Shown here: piece by piece, positions 1-9,390 of the stretch
Layout: each line of letters begins with the position of its first letter
Numbering within the stretch: position 1 is the stretch's first letter
Assembly: GCA_017656145.1 (NCBI GenBank)
Contig: JACDOI010000005.1
Location: forward strand, 12,941 to 76,940
Direction of reading: 5' to 3'
Source: Bacillota bacterium
Lineage (GTDB): Bacteria > Bacillota > Limnochordia > Limnochordales > ZCTH02-B6
DNA length: 64,000 bases
Notes under the pieces: generated by a model
Database searches by the model: none
What the model saw: only the letters and a program-made list of their open reading frames with translations
What the model was told of the DNA's origin: nothing
Position numbers and translations under genes: made by a program

Positions 1-81
1 GCGAGTCATGGTCAGTCCCACCGAGATCCCTGCAAACAACGTGGCCGCCATCACGATGAGGACGAGTCCGAGACGCCGCAC
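1..81 (-). CDS. partial CDS (5' end only, continues past the window start): basic N-terminus plus one hydrophobic helix, divergent from lexA
   Basis: GTG at 81..79 with GGGAGG 10 nt upstream. Translation is VRRLGLVLIVMAATLFAGISVGLTMTR. It is driven by the SOS-box-containing divergent promoter. The position resembles B. subtilis yneA, but no domain is visible in 27 codons. Confidence 0.35.
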   Translation of the reverse strand, partial: MRRLGLVLIVMAATLFAGISVGLTMTR

Positions 82-103
82 CGTTTCCCCGCCTCCCGTA
101 TAT

Positions 104-117
104 CGAACATACGTACG
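104..117. promoter_or_regulatory. putative LexA operator (Cheo/SOS box) 1: CGAACATACGTACG
   Basis: Matches the Gram-positive consensus CGAAC-N4-GTTCG with one mismatch in the 3' half. It lies just downstream of the divergent promoter -10. Confidence 0.5.
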
Positions 118-131
118 ATGGTTCTGGCGCC

Positions 132-161
132 ACTATAGATCGAACACGCGTTTTTTGTCAA
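132..161 (-). promoter_or_regulatory. sigma-A-type promoter for the gene divergent from lexA
   Basis: Minus strand reads TTGACA (161..156), an 18-nt spacer, then TATAGT (137..132). SOS box 2 sits inside the spacer. Confidence 0.55.
141..154. promoter_or_regulatory. putative LexA operator (SOS box) 2: CGAACACGCGTTTT
   Basis: CGAAC-N4-GTTT half-sites located between the -35 and -10 of the divergent promoter. Confidence 0.55.
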
Positions 162-181
162 CGCACACGAAAAGGATTTTG

Positions 182-195
182 CGAACTGGCGTTTG
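182..195. promoter_or_regulatory. putative LexA operator (SOS box) 3: CGAACTGGCGTTTG
   Basis: Good match to CGAAC-N4-GTTYG. It overlaps the -35 of the lexA promoter, consistent with autoregulation. Confidence 0.6.
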
Positions 196-222
196 CATGC
201 GCCGGCCGACCGGTGCTATAAT
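193..222 (+). promoter_or_regulatory. sigma-A-type lexA promoter
   Basis: TTGCAT (193..198), an 18-nt spacer, then TATAAT (217..222) with an upstream TG (extended -10), about 45 nt before the lexA ATG. Confidence 0.6.
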
Positions 223-266
223 GGGCGCAAGCCAGAAATCCTTGTGGAAGAAGGGTTCGGTGGGCC

Positions 267-875
267 ATGGATGAGCTGACCCCGAGACAGCGGCAAATCC
301 TCGAATTTATCAAGCGCGAGGTGCAGCGGAAGGGGTACCCGCCGTCGGTACGGGAGATCGGTCAGGCGGTGGGCTTAAGCTCCAGTTCTACTGTTCACGG
401 CCACCTGGGCAAGTTGGAGCAAAAAGGATACATCCGGAGGGACCCGACCAAGCCAAGAGCTATCGAGGTGCTGGAGAGCAGCCCCGACCTGTCGGCCGAT
501 TTCGTGTACGCGCCCGTTGTCGGGCGGGTGACGGCCGGTGAGCCCATCTTGGCCGTTGAGAACATTGAAGGGTATTTCCCTTTGCCCCAGGACTTCGCGG
601 GCGCCGGCGAGCTGTTCCTCCTTCGGGTGCGGGGCGACAGCATGATTCGAGCCGGTATTTTGGACGGAGACTATGTCATCGTCCGGCAGCAACCGGACGC
701 GGTGAACGGGGACATCGTTGTGGCGCTCATCGGCGATGAGGCAACGGTGAAGCGCTTTTTCAAAGAGGGCGACCAGATCCGGCTTCAGCCGGAAAACGAC
801 GCGTACCCGCCCATCGTCGGCTCGGAAGTCCGGGTGCTCGGCAAAGTGATCGGGGTCTACCGCCGACTGCACTGA
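267..875 (+). CDS. lexA: LexA repressor (SOS regulator, S24 self-cleaving peptidase)
   Basis: 202 aa. N-terminal winged HTH ([34 protein letters not shown]). Ala-Gly cleavage site (VTAGEP). Catalytic GDSM serine and a downstream VKRF lysine. Confidence 0.97.
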   Translation: MDELTPRQRQILEFIKREVQRKGYPPSVREIGQAVGLSSSSTVHGHLGKLEQKGYIRRDPTKPRAIEVLESSPDLSADFVYAPVVGRVTAGEPILAVENIEGYFPLPQDFAGAGELFLLRVRGDSMIRAGILDGDYVIVRQQPDAVNGDIVVALIGDEATVKRFFKEGDQIRLQPENDAYPPIVGSEVRVLGKVIGVYRRLH

Positions 876-979
876 CCTCGCCGGCGGGCGGCACCGTGCA
901 TCCGGATCGAGCCTCGGCTGCACCCACCGCGCGGCCGAAGGCCTGGTACCCCCCTACCGTTCTTGACGAGGCGGCCCCG

Positions 980-1357
980 TTACGAGCTGGCCTCAGTGGT
1001 GACTTCGTCGCCGGCGCGGTCGCGTACAGCCATATCGTCCCTCGCATCCGGTCCGAGCCCGAGAATGGTGAAAAAGAGCTCCAACGCCTGCCTTGTTCCC
1101 TTGACTTCCGGCGTGGAGCCCGATAAATGATCAAGGGGCAGAGCAGCATGTTCACCGATCGCACTGCGGTACGCTGCCTCTACCCCTTCTTGTTCAATCA
1201 GTGCCATCAGCCTGTCGTACATCGCCCGCCTCGCCTCAGCCTGGCGCTGCCAGAACTCGGGGTCGGAGGTGTGGGCGCTGGCCAAAAGATCCTGCTTCGC
1301 GAGGCGCTTGAACTTTTTGAGCGCCCGCAGGACCTCGGCCTCGGGCAACTGTATCAT
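980..1357 (-). CDS. hypothetical protein (125 aa), convergent with lexA
   Basis: ATG at 1357 with AGGGGGG 8 nt upstream. The part of the track ORF upstream of this (to 1615) is Arg/Pro/Gly-rich filler. The product MIQLPEAEVLRALKKFKRLAKQDL... looks helical. No family recognised. Confidence 0.5.
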   Translation of the reverse strand: MIQLPEAEVLRALKKFKRLAKQDLLASAHTSDPEFWQRQAEARRAMYDRLMALIEQEGVEAAYRSAIGEHAALPLDHLSGSTPEVKGTRQALELFFTILGLGPDARDDMAVRDRAGDEVTTEASS

Positions 1358-1646
1358 GGCGCCATCCCCCCTGGTGCCGTCTTGGCCAACCACCGCCTGA
1401 CCAAATTCTTCTGGACCGGGACGGTCGAATCCTCTGTAGCGGACGCCGAATCCCGAATCTTGCGGAGGGCGTGGCGGATGTTGTGTCGAGTCGACCGCCA
1501 GTTTGCTGCCCGGTTGATTTGCCTTCGCTCGACCATATGAGCCTGTTTCCGAAACGCTCCTGCCGGGCCGGTTCCAGCCGCAGGTTCTCAGTTCATAGTA
1601 TCCGGCGGATGGCACCGGATATGCGTCCCCACCATTACGAGCGCTA

Positions 1647-1832
1647 TTACGAGCGGTATACAGTGAGCCGGCAGCGGTCGTCGTCCACCCGGCTCATGCC
1701 GAAGACCAACTGATGATCTTTCAGGCATCGATTGAGAAACGTCACCAGCCGGTGCACGTCGCCTTGAAGAAGCAACGTTTCGCTGCCAATGACCTCCAGG
1801 CCCTTCTGCTCCCTGCCCCGAACCGCCGTCAT
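1647..1832 (-). CDS. small hypothetical ORF (61 aa) coupled to the surE stop
   Basis: ATG 1832..1830 overlaps the surE TGA (ATGA). No recognisable family; the local GC content is lower here. Confidence 0.3.
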   Translation of the reverse strand: MTAVRGREQKGLEVIGSETLLLQGDVHRLVTFLNRCLKDHQLVFGMSRVDDDRCRLTVYRS

Positions 1833-2620
1833 GCCCGCTCCCCTCCAGGCGCCCTCAGATCCGGGAGATCCAACCCCCAGCTGCGCACCGTTTCCACGGC
1901 CGCATGCTTGGTCAGGTCGAACTCCATCGGCGTAATCGAAACATAGCCGGAACGCACGGCGCCTGCGTCGGTGGCATCGTCGACGTCGACGTCTTCCGCT
2001 TCACCGGCCATCCAGTAGTACACCCGTCCCCGGGGATCGACGCGGCGGTGCAAGACGTCCCGATAACGGCGAATGCCAAGGCGAGTTACCATGAATCCCC
2101 GGATCTCGGAACCCGCAGGGACGTTCACGTTCAACAGCGTACCCGCGGGAAGCCCGTGCTCGTCGAGCTTCCGCGCCACGTACCAAGCTATCTGTGAGGC
2201 CACCCGGTAGTCCTGGGGCGCCCACGCGCTGTGAGAATCCAGCGAGACGGCCAAGGCGGGCACACCGCCTACCGCCGCTTCGATGGCTCCCGATACCGTG
2301 CCCGAATACATGACGTCCGTGCCCAGGTTGGGCCCACGGTTGATGCCGGAGATGACCACATCGGGCCGCTCGCCGAACAGCTCCATCCCAAGCTTGACGC
2401 AATCCGACGGCGTGCCGTTGACCTGGAACGCCCGAACGTCCTGGCCCATGTCGACCGCGTCCACGAACAGCGGCTTGTGTACGGTAATCGCATGACCCGT
2501 GGCGCTGCGCTCGCGATCGGGGGCCATCACCCACAGCTCGACGTCCGGCGGCCGCAGGTCGACCAAAGCCTTTAAACCCGGCGCCCGGATGCCGTCGTCG
2601 TTTGTCAACAGAACCCGCAC
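1829..2620 (-). CDS. surE: 5'/3'-nucleotidase SurE
   Basis: 263 aa starting MRVLLTNDDGIRAPGL (the SurE signature). GTG start with GGAGAGA RBS. Confidence 0.95.
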   Translation of the reverse strand: MRVLLTNDDGIRAPGLKALVDLRPPDVELWVMAPDRERSATGHAITVHKPLFVDAVDMGQDVRAFQVNGTPSDCVKLGMELFGERPDVVISGINRGPNLGTDVMYSGTVSGAIEAAVGGVPALAVSLDSHSAWAPQDYRVASQIAWYVARKLDEHGLPAGTLLNVNVPAGSEIRGFMVTRLGIRRYRDVLHRRVDPRGRVYYWMAGEAEDVDVDDATDAGAVRSGYVSITPMEFDLTKHAAVETVRSWGLDLPDLRAPGGERA

Positions 2621-2786
2621 TCCGTCGATCTCTCCGTTTCCGCTTCCGCCTGCTCATGCTCTCTAGGCCCGCGCCGGTTGAGATGCAGCAGGCCTCCCCT
2701 CGCAGGAGGCGCTTGTCAACCGGGCGGCGGATCCCGCCGGAAACGAATCCCGGGGGGCCCGTTGCCTGTGAGGTTTCACGCCTTGC

Positions 2787-2811
2787 GGGGAGGTTCGGCA
2801 CCGGCCTCCCC
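2787..2811 (-). terminator. GC-rich hairpin just downstream of sigH, no U-tract
   Basis: Minus strand GGGGAGG, an 11-nt loop, then CCTCCCC, starting 7 nt after the sigH stop. No T-run follows. Confidence 0.3.
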
Positions 2812-2817
2812 GTTCCT

Positions 2818-3465
2818 CTAAAATTCCCTGGCGATCTTGTGCTTGATGCGGCAGAGGGCGTTATCGATGGACTTGGTGTGGGTACCCAACCGGGCGGCCA
2901 TTTCCTTGTACGTCAGACCGTTGATGTACAACCGGAACACCTTGTATTCGAATTCGCTGAGCACCTTTTTGATATGGCGCTGGGTATGCAGCAGCCGCTC
3001 CCGGTCGATGACCAGCGTTTCCGGGTCGTCGACCTTGTTGTTGGACAAGACCTCCATCAGGGTCCGATCGCCGTCGATGTCGTAAATCGGCTTGTGAAGC
3101 GACGTGTACGAGTTGAGGGGAATGTGCTTCTGGCGCGTCGTGCCCTTGATCGCGCTGATCACGTTCCGGGTAATGCACAGCTTGGCAAACGACCAAAACG
3201 ACGACGAACCGGGCGTAAAGTCCCGGATGGCCTTGTACAGGCCGATCATGCCCTCCTGAAGCAGGTCGTCGTCTTCCGCGCCCTGCAGGAAGTACGGACG
3301 GGTCCAAACGTAGACGAGCTTCTGGTACTTGAGCAACAAGTAGTCTACGGCATCGGAATTGCCCGCCTGCGCGTAGCGCACGACTTCCTCGTCGCTCATG
3401 GACGAATAATCCGGCTTCGGGTGAGGCCTGTCCGCATTTTCGCTCTGCAAAGGCAGCGCACCCAT
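2818..3465 (-). CDS. sigH: RNA polymerase sporulation sigma factor SigH
   Basis: Near-colinear with B. subtilis SigH: QEGMIGLYKAIRDF, FAKLCITRNVISAIKGTTRQKHIPLNSY, HTKSIDNALCRIKHK. ATG at 3465 with GGAGAGAGG RBS; the track ORF extends 30 codons further. Confidence 0.93.
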   Translation of the reverse strand: MGALPLQSENADRPHPKPDYSSMSDEEVVRYAQAGNSDAVDYLLLKYQKLVYVWTRPYFLQGAEDDDLLQEGMIGLYKAIRDFTPGSSSFWSFAKLCITRNVISAIKGTTRQKHIPLNSYTSLHKPIYDIDGDRTLMEVLSNNKVDDPETLVIDRERLLHTQRHIKKVLSEFEYKVFRLYINGLTYKEMAARLGTHTKSIDNALCRIKHKIAREF

Positions 3466-3654
3466 GCGCGCACCTCTCTCCGTTCTCAATGGCGAGAATT
3501 GCCATCTAAGGAGATTCGCCGCGTTTTGGCAAACTCCTGCGATCCCCGTCTGCAACGCGCTAGGACCCCGTCCGCATCTGTCCTTGCGAACGAGGTCCTA
3601 GGTAAGCCCATCCTCACTTTTCGATCTCATACAACCCGAACCGTCCCCCCTCTC

Positions 3655-4044
3655 CTACGATGCACTCGCCTCCACCGGCCCTTTCAGCGCCACCGGCTGG
3701 ACCCCCCGGGCAACTTCTCGGGTCTCCACCGAGCTGGCCCGAAATGCGGCCGTAAGGTAGTTGCATGCTTCCCAAGGATTCACTGTTTCCCCGCATGTGA
3801 ACACATCGATGGCGGCGTATCCAAGTTCAGGCCATGTATGGATCGCCAGATGCGACTCGGAGATGACAACCACTCCGCTCACGCCCTGGGGGCTAAACTT
3901 GTGAAACGCCACCTCTCGGACTTCCGCCCCCGCCCGGAGGGCCGCGTCCACCATAATCCGTTCGACGACCGCACGGTCGTTCAGCACCTCAGGGTCACAT
4001 CCGTACGCCTCGCACAGGATGTGACGGCCCAAAGCGTGCGCCAT
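3655..4044 (-). CDS. speH: S-adenosylmethionine decarboxylase proenzyme (pyruvoyl type, SpeH/SpeD)
   Basis: [10 protein letters not shown], self-processing motif [15 protein letters not shown], and [11 protein letters not shown] at 4044 with GGGAGG RBS. Confidence 0.92.
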   Translation of the reverse strand: MAHALGRHILCEAYGCDPEVLNDRAVVERIMVDAALRAGAEVREVAFHKFSPQGVSGVVVISESHLAIHTWPELGYAAIDVFTCGETVNPWEACNYLTAAFRASSVETREVARGVQPVALKGPVEASAS

Positions 4045-4140
4045 CTCTCCGCCTCCCTTGGGAAATATCGACCTCCCCTGCTCCCGCACATGTCAGGGCA
4101 AGCAATCAAGGACCATTGTAGAAGCACGTGCCGGACGAAG

Positions 4141-5409
4141 TCAATAGGCGGGCGCCTGCACCGGTAAATATCCGGCGCGTGCGAATTGTTCTATGACAAT
4201 CGACAGGGCGATGTGCACATGCTCCCGGCTTAAGCCGCCTTGCACGAACACATCGTACGGCGGGCGCATGGGAGCGTCGGCGCTCCATTCCATGGACGAC
4301 CCTTGGACGAACGTACCCCCAGCCATGATGACGGGGACGTCGTAGCCGGGTACCGCCGACGGCACGGGCCGGACGTGGGCGTCCACCGGACCGCTGCTCT
4401 GCACCGCCCTGCAAAAGAGCTGCACCATATCGGGGTTCCCCAGCCGGATGGCCTGGACTAGATCCGCTCTGGGATCTTTCGGACCCGGCGACACCGCAAG
4501 CCCGAGGGATTCAAACACCTGAGCGCAAAGCACCGCGCCCCGCAACGCTTCCGCGACGGTGTGAGGCGCCTGGAAGAAGCCGAAGAGGAGTTGGCGGTTT
4601 ACCCCCAAGGTGGGACCGACCCGGTCGCCCAGGCCGGGCGCCGTGAGCCGGTCGGCCACCAGCGACACGAGCGCCGCCCGGCCGGCTACATACCCACCCG
4701 ACGGGGCCACGCCACCGCCAGGATTTTTGATGAGCGATCCCGCGATCAGGTCCGCACCTACCTGGGGCGGCTCGAGCGTCTCCACAAATTCCCCGTAGCA
4801 GTTGTCGACAAAGCAGACGACATCCGGCTTTTCGGACTTGACAGCCGATATAATCTCCCCGATGCGGTTGACCGGGATCGCCGGGCGCCAGGCGTACCCC
4901 CGGGAACGTTGTAGCATAACCATGCGGGTGTTGGGCCTCAGCGCCTGCAGCACAGCGGGCACGTCCACATGGCCGTCCGGCGTGAGCGGAACGGCGCTGT
5001 ACTCAACCCCCAGCGCGGTAAGGGCGGTGGAACGGTCTCCGGCAATGACCTGCTGCAGGGTATCGTACGGCGGTCCCGAGGCTGACAACAGGTGATCCCC
5101 CGGGCGCAGGACGGCGAACAGGCACGCGCTGATCGCGTGGGTGCCGCTCGCGATCTGGGGCCGCACCAAAGCGGCTTCAGCGCCGAACACCCGCGCGTAC
5201 ACTTCCTCCAGCACCTCCCGGCCCCGGTCGTGATATCCATACCCGGTGCTTCCGGCGAAGTGCTCCTCGCTGACCCGAGCAGCGTGAAATGCCTTCAGAA
5301 CCTTCGTTTGGTTGTGTCGTTCGATTTCATCGATGGCCGCCCACTGGGATTGAACCTCCACCCGAGCCCGGGCGACCACAAGCTCGGGTTCGGCAACGCT
5401 CCGGCTCAC
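4141..5409 (-). CDS. PLP-dependent methionine gamma-lyase family protein (YnbB / aluminium-resistance-protein family)
   Basis: Contains IERHNQTKVLKAFHAARVSEEHFAGSTGYGYHDRGRE. GTG 5409..5407 overlaps the ogt TGA (GTGA). Upstream of that, the track ORF is out-of-frame read-through over ogt. Confidence 0.8.
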   Translation of the reverse strand: MSRSVAEPELVVARARVEVQSQWAAIDEIERHNQTKVLKAFHAARVSEEHFAGSTGYGYHDRGREVLEEVYARVFGAEAALVRPQIASGTHAISACLFAVLRPGDHLLSASGPPYDTLQQVIAGDRSTALTALGVEYSAVPLTPDGHVDVPAVLQALRPNTRMVMLQRSRGYAWRPAIPVNRIGEIISAVKSEKPDVVCFVDNCYGEFVETLEPPQVGADLIAGSLIKNPGGGVAPSGGYVAGRAALVSLVADRLTAPGLGDRVGPTLGVNRQLLFGFFQAPHTVAEALRGAVLCAQVFESLGLAVSPGPKDPRADLVQAIRLGNPDMVQLFCRAVQSSGPVDAHVRPVPSAVPGYDVPVIMAGGTFVQGSSMEWSADAPMRPPYDVFVQGGLSREHVHIALSIVIEQFARAGYLPVQAPAY

Positions 5410-5909
5410 TTGGCCAGCCCCTCTAGCTGAAGCAGAAATCGCTTGATGTGCAAACCTCCCGTATACCCCCCGAGGCTGCCGTCGGACGCGATCACCCGGT
5501 GACAAGGAACGACGATGGCTGCCGGATTGCGCCCCGCGGCTAGGCCCACCGCCCGAGCCGCACCCGGCCGCCCGATGGCCCGCGCAACCCATCCGTAGCT
5601 GCGGGTTTCGCCGAAGGGAATCGTCTGCAGGCAGGCCCAAACGGCCCTTTGAAAAGGCGTCCCCTCAAGGTCCAGCGGGAAGTCGAACTGCCTGCGCCTG
5701 CCCTCGAAGTACTCGGCCAACTGGCTGACCGCGTCCCTGATCGGTACCGGCCCGTTGATGTCCCCGGGTTCGGCGGCGCGGACGGGCCCCTTTTGGATGG
5801 GGACCTGTCCCTCGCCCCCCAAACGGATCGCTTGCACCCCCCGCTCCGTGCCTCGGATCACGAGGGGACCTACCGGGCTTGCCACTGTCACGGACATCGG
5901 AACCGTCAC
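5406..5909 (-). CDS. ogt: methylated-DNA--protein-cysteine methyltransferase
   Basis: 167 aa with IPFGETRSYG and the active-site motif IVVPCHRVI. The start overlaps the trpA stop (ATGA-type overlap). Confidence 0.93.
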   Translation of the reverse strand: MTVPMSVTVASPVGPLVIRGTERGVQAIRLGGEGQVPIQKGPVRAAEPGDINGPVPIRDAVSQLAEYFEGRRRQFDFPLDLEGTPFQRAVWACLQTIPFGETRSYGWVARAIGRPGAARAVGLAAGRNPAAIVVPCHRVIASDGSLGGYTGGLHIKRFLLQLEGLAK

Positions 5910-6730
5910 GTCAACATCCCCGCGGCTTGCGCGGAGCCGCTTCGCAGCGTGGCCACGAACTCCCTGGCTGCCTGGAGCTTATCGGCCGCGGAGGCGGCCT
6001 GCTCCATACGGCTGACGAGGGCACTGCCTACGATAACGCCGTCGGCCCACCGGCCCACCTCCCGGGCGTGGTCGGGTGTCGACACCCCGAACCCTACCGC
6101 CAGCGGCACTCGCCCGCCGCTTGCATCCCGGACCCGGGAAAGAAACTCAGGAAGGTCCGGCGGCAGTGTGGCACGGGCCCCGGTCACTCCTGTCAAGGAT
6201 ACGCAGTAGATGAATCCCGACGCCACCTGTCCGACCAGTGCGAGCCGCTCCGGGGTGCTCGTCGGAGCGACCAGCGGAATCAAGTCGAGCCCCGCACCCC
6301 GGGCGTGCTGCCGCAGCGAGCCTGCCTCCTCCAGAGGCAGGTCGGGGACAACAAGCCCGTCCACTCCGGCCGCGGCCGCCTCCTGCGCGAACCGCTCCTC
6401 GCCGCGCCGGTAGATACAATTATAGTACACCAGCAGCACGATGGGAACTTTAAGCCCCTCTTGCCGCGCTCCGGATACGGCCTCCAGCACACCCGATACG
6501 GTCGTGCCCGACTGAAGGGCCCGCTGGGATGCCCGCTGGATCGTCGGCCCGTCGGCCAGAGGGTCTGAGTACGGCACGCCGAGTTCCAAGATGTCGGCGC
6601 CAGCCGCGGCCAGCTGCGGAATGAGGCGAGCCGTGAACGACAAGTCCGGGTCCCCCGCGGTCACAAACGGGATGACGGCGGGGCGCTTTTCCCGGGCGGC
6701 TGCGGCGAAGCTATTCGCGATGCGGCTCAC
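5906..6730 (-). CDS. trpA: tryptophan synthase alpha chain
   Basis: 274 aa with [10 protein letters not shown] and [19 protein letters not shown]. The start overlaps the trpB stop. Confidence 0.96.
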   Translation of the reverse strand: MSRIANSFAAAAREKRPAVIPFVTAGDPDLSFTARLIPQLAAAGADILELGVPYSDPLADGPTIQRASQRALQSGTTVSGVLEAVSGARQEGLKVPIVLLVYYNCIYRRGEERFAQEAAAAGVDGLVVPDLPLEEAGSLRQHARGAGLDLIPLVAPTSTPERLALVGQVASGFIYCVSLTGVTGARATLPPDLPEFLSRVRDASGGRVPLAVGFGVSTPDHAREVGRWADGVIVGSALVSRMEQAASAADKLQAAREFVATLRSGSAQAAGMLT

Positions 6731-7941
6731 GATGCGCCAACTCCTTGCACGATGTCGGCCACCTGCTGCACGTCCTTGTCGCCGCGGCCGGACAAGTTGA
6801 TGAGCACGATATCGCCGGGCGAAAGCTGCCCTGCCAGCTTCACGCCGTGCGCGATCGCGTGCGCGCTCTCAAGAGCAGGCAAAATGCCTTCCTTGCGGGC
6901 CAACAGGTGAAACCCGTCCAGCGCCTCCCGGTCGGTCACCGCCACGTATTCGGCCCGGCCGCTGTCCTTAAGAAAACTGTGCTCGGGCCCGACGCCGGGA
7001 TAGTCAAGGCCTGCTGACACGCTGTGGGCCGGAAGAATTTGCCCGTCCTCATCGTGCAGGACGTACGTTTTCGCCCCGTGCAGCACGCCCTTGGTTCCCA
7101 TGGACAGCGTAGCTGCGTGGCGACCGGAGGACAGCCCCTCGCCCGCCGCTTCGACGCCCACCAGACGCACGTCCGGATCGTTCAAAAATCCGTGAAACAT
7201 GCCGATAGCGTTGCTGCCCCCGCCCACGCACGCAACGACGGCCGAGGGCAGGCGGCCGGCTTGCTCCAGCAATTGTGCCCGGGCCTCCCGGCCGATGATG
7301 GCCTGAAAGTCCCGCACCATGGTGGGATACGGGTGGGGACCGACCACCGAGCCGATAATGTAATGGGTCGTTCGCACATTGGTCACCCAGTCCCGGATCG
7401 CTTCGTTGGTGGCGTCCTTGAGGGTCGCGGTGCCGGAGGTGACCGGCACGACCCGGGCTCCCAAAAGTTCCATGCGGAACACGTTCAGGCGTTGACGCCG
7501 CATGTCCTCCGCGCCCATGTACACCACGCACTCCATACCGAACATGGCGCAGACGGTGGCGGTGGCCACCCCGTGTTGCCCCGCACCGGTTTCGGCGATG
7601 ATGCGCCGCTTGCCCATCCGCCGGGCGAGGAGGATCTGGCCGAGGCAGTTGTTGATCTTGTGGGCGCCGGTGTGGGTCAGGTCTTCCCGCTTCAAGTAGA
7701 TGGCGGCGCCGCCGGCCGCCTCGCTCAGCCGGCGGGCATGATAGAGCGGCGTCGGGCGCCCAGCGTAATGGGTCAAGTACTGCTCCAGCTCCGCTTGGAA
7801 ACGGGGGTCCGAACGGGCCTCGGCATAGGCCGCCTCAAGCTCGTCCAGGGCCGGGATCAGCGTCTCAGGCACGTACCGCCCGCCGTACTCGCCGAACCGG
7901 CCGGCGTTAAACTTCTCCGCCGGTGGGCTCATCGTCGACAT
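6727..7941 (-). CDS. trpB: tryptophan synthase beta chain
   Basis: 404 aa with [15 protein letters not shown] and [11 protein letters not shown] (PLP lysine). Confidence 0.97.
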   Translation of the reverse strand: MSTMSPPAEKFNAGRFGEYGGRYVPETLIPALDELEAAYAEARSDPRFQAELEQYLTHYAGRPTPLYHARRLSEAAGGAAIYLKREDLTHTGAHKINNCLGQILLARRMGKRRIIAETGAGQHGVATATVCAMFGMECVVYMGAEDMRRQRLNVFRMELLGARVVPVTSGTATLKDATNEAIRDWVTNVRTTHYIIGSVVGPHPYPTMVRDFQAIIGREARAQLLEQAGRLPSAVVACVGGGSNAIGMFHGFLNDPDVRLVGVEAAGEGLSSGRHAATLSMGTKGVLHGAKTYVLHDEDGQILPAHSVSAGLDYPGVGPEHSFLKDSGRAEYVAVTDREALDGFHLLARKEGILPALESAHAIAHGVKLAGQLSPGDIVLINLSGRGDKDVQQVADIVQGVGAS

Positions 7942-8581
7942 CCCATCTCCTCACCTTCCAGACGAACTGCCGCATCCGCTCGGGGGATTTCTTCCCCGGC
8001 GCCGACTCCACCCCGCTGCTGACGTCAACCCCGTACGGACGGACGGTGCGAATCGCGAGGTCGACGTTACCCGCATTCAATCCGCCGGCCAAAATCAAGG
8101 GCAAGGGCGGCTCCCGCCGGCCCAGGATGTCGGACGCGGTTTGGGCGAGCGACCAGTCAAACGCGGTGCCCGTGCCGCCGGCCCGATTGGGATCGTACGC
8201 GTCCAGTAGCACCGCATCGGCCTCGATCTCCGCCAGACCATCGATGCTCGCGAAGTTCCGGACGCGTACCGCCTTGATAACCCGATACCCCAGTGCCCTC
8301 AGCCGCCGGGCTACCCTATTGCCCTCCTTGCCGTGAAGCTGGATGGCGTCGAGCCCTGCCCGTTCGGCTACCCGGGCCATGGTGTCATACGCTTCGTCGA
8401 CAAACACGCCCACCCGGATGAGAAACGGCGGCAAGGCGGCCGTGATCCGGGCTGCCTCATCCGGTTCGACGCGCCGGGGGCTTGGGGCGAAAACGATGCC
8501 GATCGCATCAGCGCCCGCCTCGGCCGCGGCTTGGGCATCCTGGGGTGTTGTCAATCCGCAAATCTTGACGCGGATCGTCAT
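7907..8581 (-). CDS. trpF: phosphoribosylanthranilate isomerase
   Basis: 224 aa starting [19 protein letters not shown]. Overlaps the trpB start by 35 nt and the trpC stop by 4 nt. Confidence 0.92.
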   Translation of the reverse strand: MTIRVKICGLTTPQDAQAAAEAGADAIGIVFAPSPRRVEPDEAARITAALPPFLIRVGVFVDEAYDTMARVAERAGLDAIQLHGKEGNRVARRLRALGYRVIKAVRVRNFASIDGLAEIEADAVLLDAYDPNRAGGTGTAFDWSLAQTASDILGRREPPLPLILAGGLNAGNVDLAIRTVRPYGVDVSSGVESAPGKKSPERMRQFVWKVRRWDVDDEPTGGEV

Positions 8582-9390
8582 GGGGCCACCGCCTGGGACG
8601 CCCGCCCAGGGCGCGGCACGCCGTTTAAGCTCGCCACCGCTGTCTCCGGACTTAGGCTTCTAACCAGCGTCTCCCCGACCAAGACCGCATCAACCCCGCT
8701 GGCCGCGAGGCGCTCGATGTCGGATCGCCCGGCGATGCCCGACTCGCTGACGACGGTGATGCCCGCGGGAACCCGCGGTGCGAGTTGCTGACTCACCGCC
8801 AGGCTCGTTTCGAACGTCCGCAAGTCCCGGTTGTTGATTCCGATAAAGTCCACCCCCGCGTCCAGCGCCGTCTCCAGCTCCCAAGCGGTGTGAACTTCGA
8901 CCAAGCCGTCCATCCCCAATTCCCGGACGAGGGCCAGCAGATCGACAAGTACGGGCCGCTCCAGCGCTGCGGCGATGAGCAAAACGCCGTCGGCTCCCCA
9001 CGCCCGCGCCTCATACACCTGGAGCGGATCGATGACGAAGTCCTTCCGCAGCACGGGCAGGGAAACGGCTTGCCGCACCGCCGCCAGGTGTTCCAGGGAT
9101 CCACCGAAAAACGGCCCGTCGGTCAAGACAGACACCGCGGCGGCCCCGCCCCGCTCGTATGCCCGGGCGAGCTCCACCGGGTCGAATTCGGCTCGCAGCA
9201 CCCCTTTGGACGGCGATCGGCGCTTGACCTCGGCCATGATGCGGACCGGGCCGGCAGCGCCCAATGCCCGCGCAAGCCCCCGGGGAGGGTCTTGGGCGAC
9301 GGCCGCGTCCTTGAGGGCCGAAAGAGGACTCCGCCGGCGGAGTTCATCTACCTCGGCCCGCTTGACCTCCAAAATGCGGTCGAGGATCAT
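8578..9390 (-). CDS. trpC: indole-3-glycerol phosphate synthase
   Basis: 270 aa with IMAEVKRRSPSKG, VLTDGPFFGGS and LRKDFVIDPLQV. Confidence 0.95.
   Translation of the reverse strand: MILDRILEVKRAEVDELRRRSPLSALKDAAVAQDPPRGLARALGAAGPVRIMAEVKRRSPSKGVLRAEFDPVELARAYERGGAAAVSVLTDGPFFGGSLEHLAAVRQAVSLPVLRKDFVIDPLQVYEARAWGADGVLLIAAALERPVLVDLLALVRELGMDGLVEVHTAWELETALDAGVDFIGINNRDLRTFETSLAVSQQLAPRVPAGITVVSESGIAGRSDIERLAASGVDAVLVGETLVRSLSPETAVASLNGVPRPGRASQAVAP

Noticed and set aside
8-274. 88-aa plus-strand ORF upstream of and overlapping the lexA start
   Set aside because: It covers both promoters and all three SOS boxes and has no RBS. The minus-strand partial gene and the regulatory elements explain the region.
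1634-1655. Direct repeat ATTACGAGCG x2 with 12-nt period near the end of the small ORF
   Set aside because: There are only two short copies and no symmetry or association with a promoter. Insufficient to call an operator or repeat element.
2621-2817. Clear promoter for surE (a TTGACA hexamer is present in the minus strand of this spacer)
   Set aside because: No acceptable -10 hexamer sits 16-19 nt downstream of it, so it was not reported as a feature.
2602-4167. 521-aa plus-strand ORF spanning the sigH/speH region
   Set aside because: It is antisense to two well-supported genes. The translation is Arg/Pro/Leu-rich without motifs and there is no RBS. This is a typical mirror-frame ORF in GC-rich DNA.
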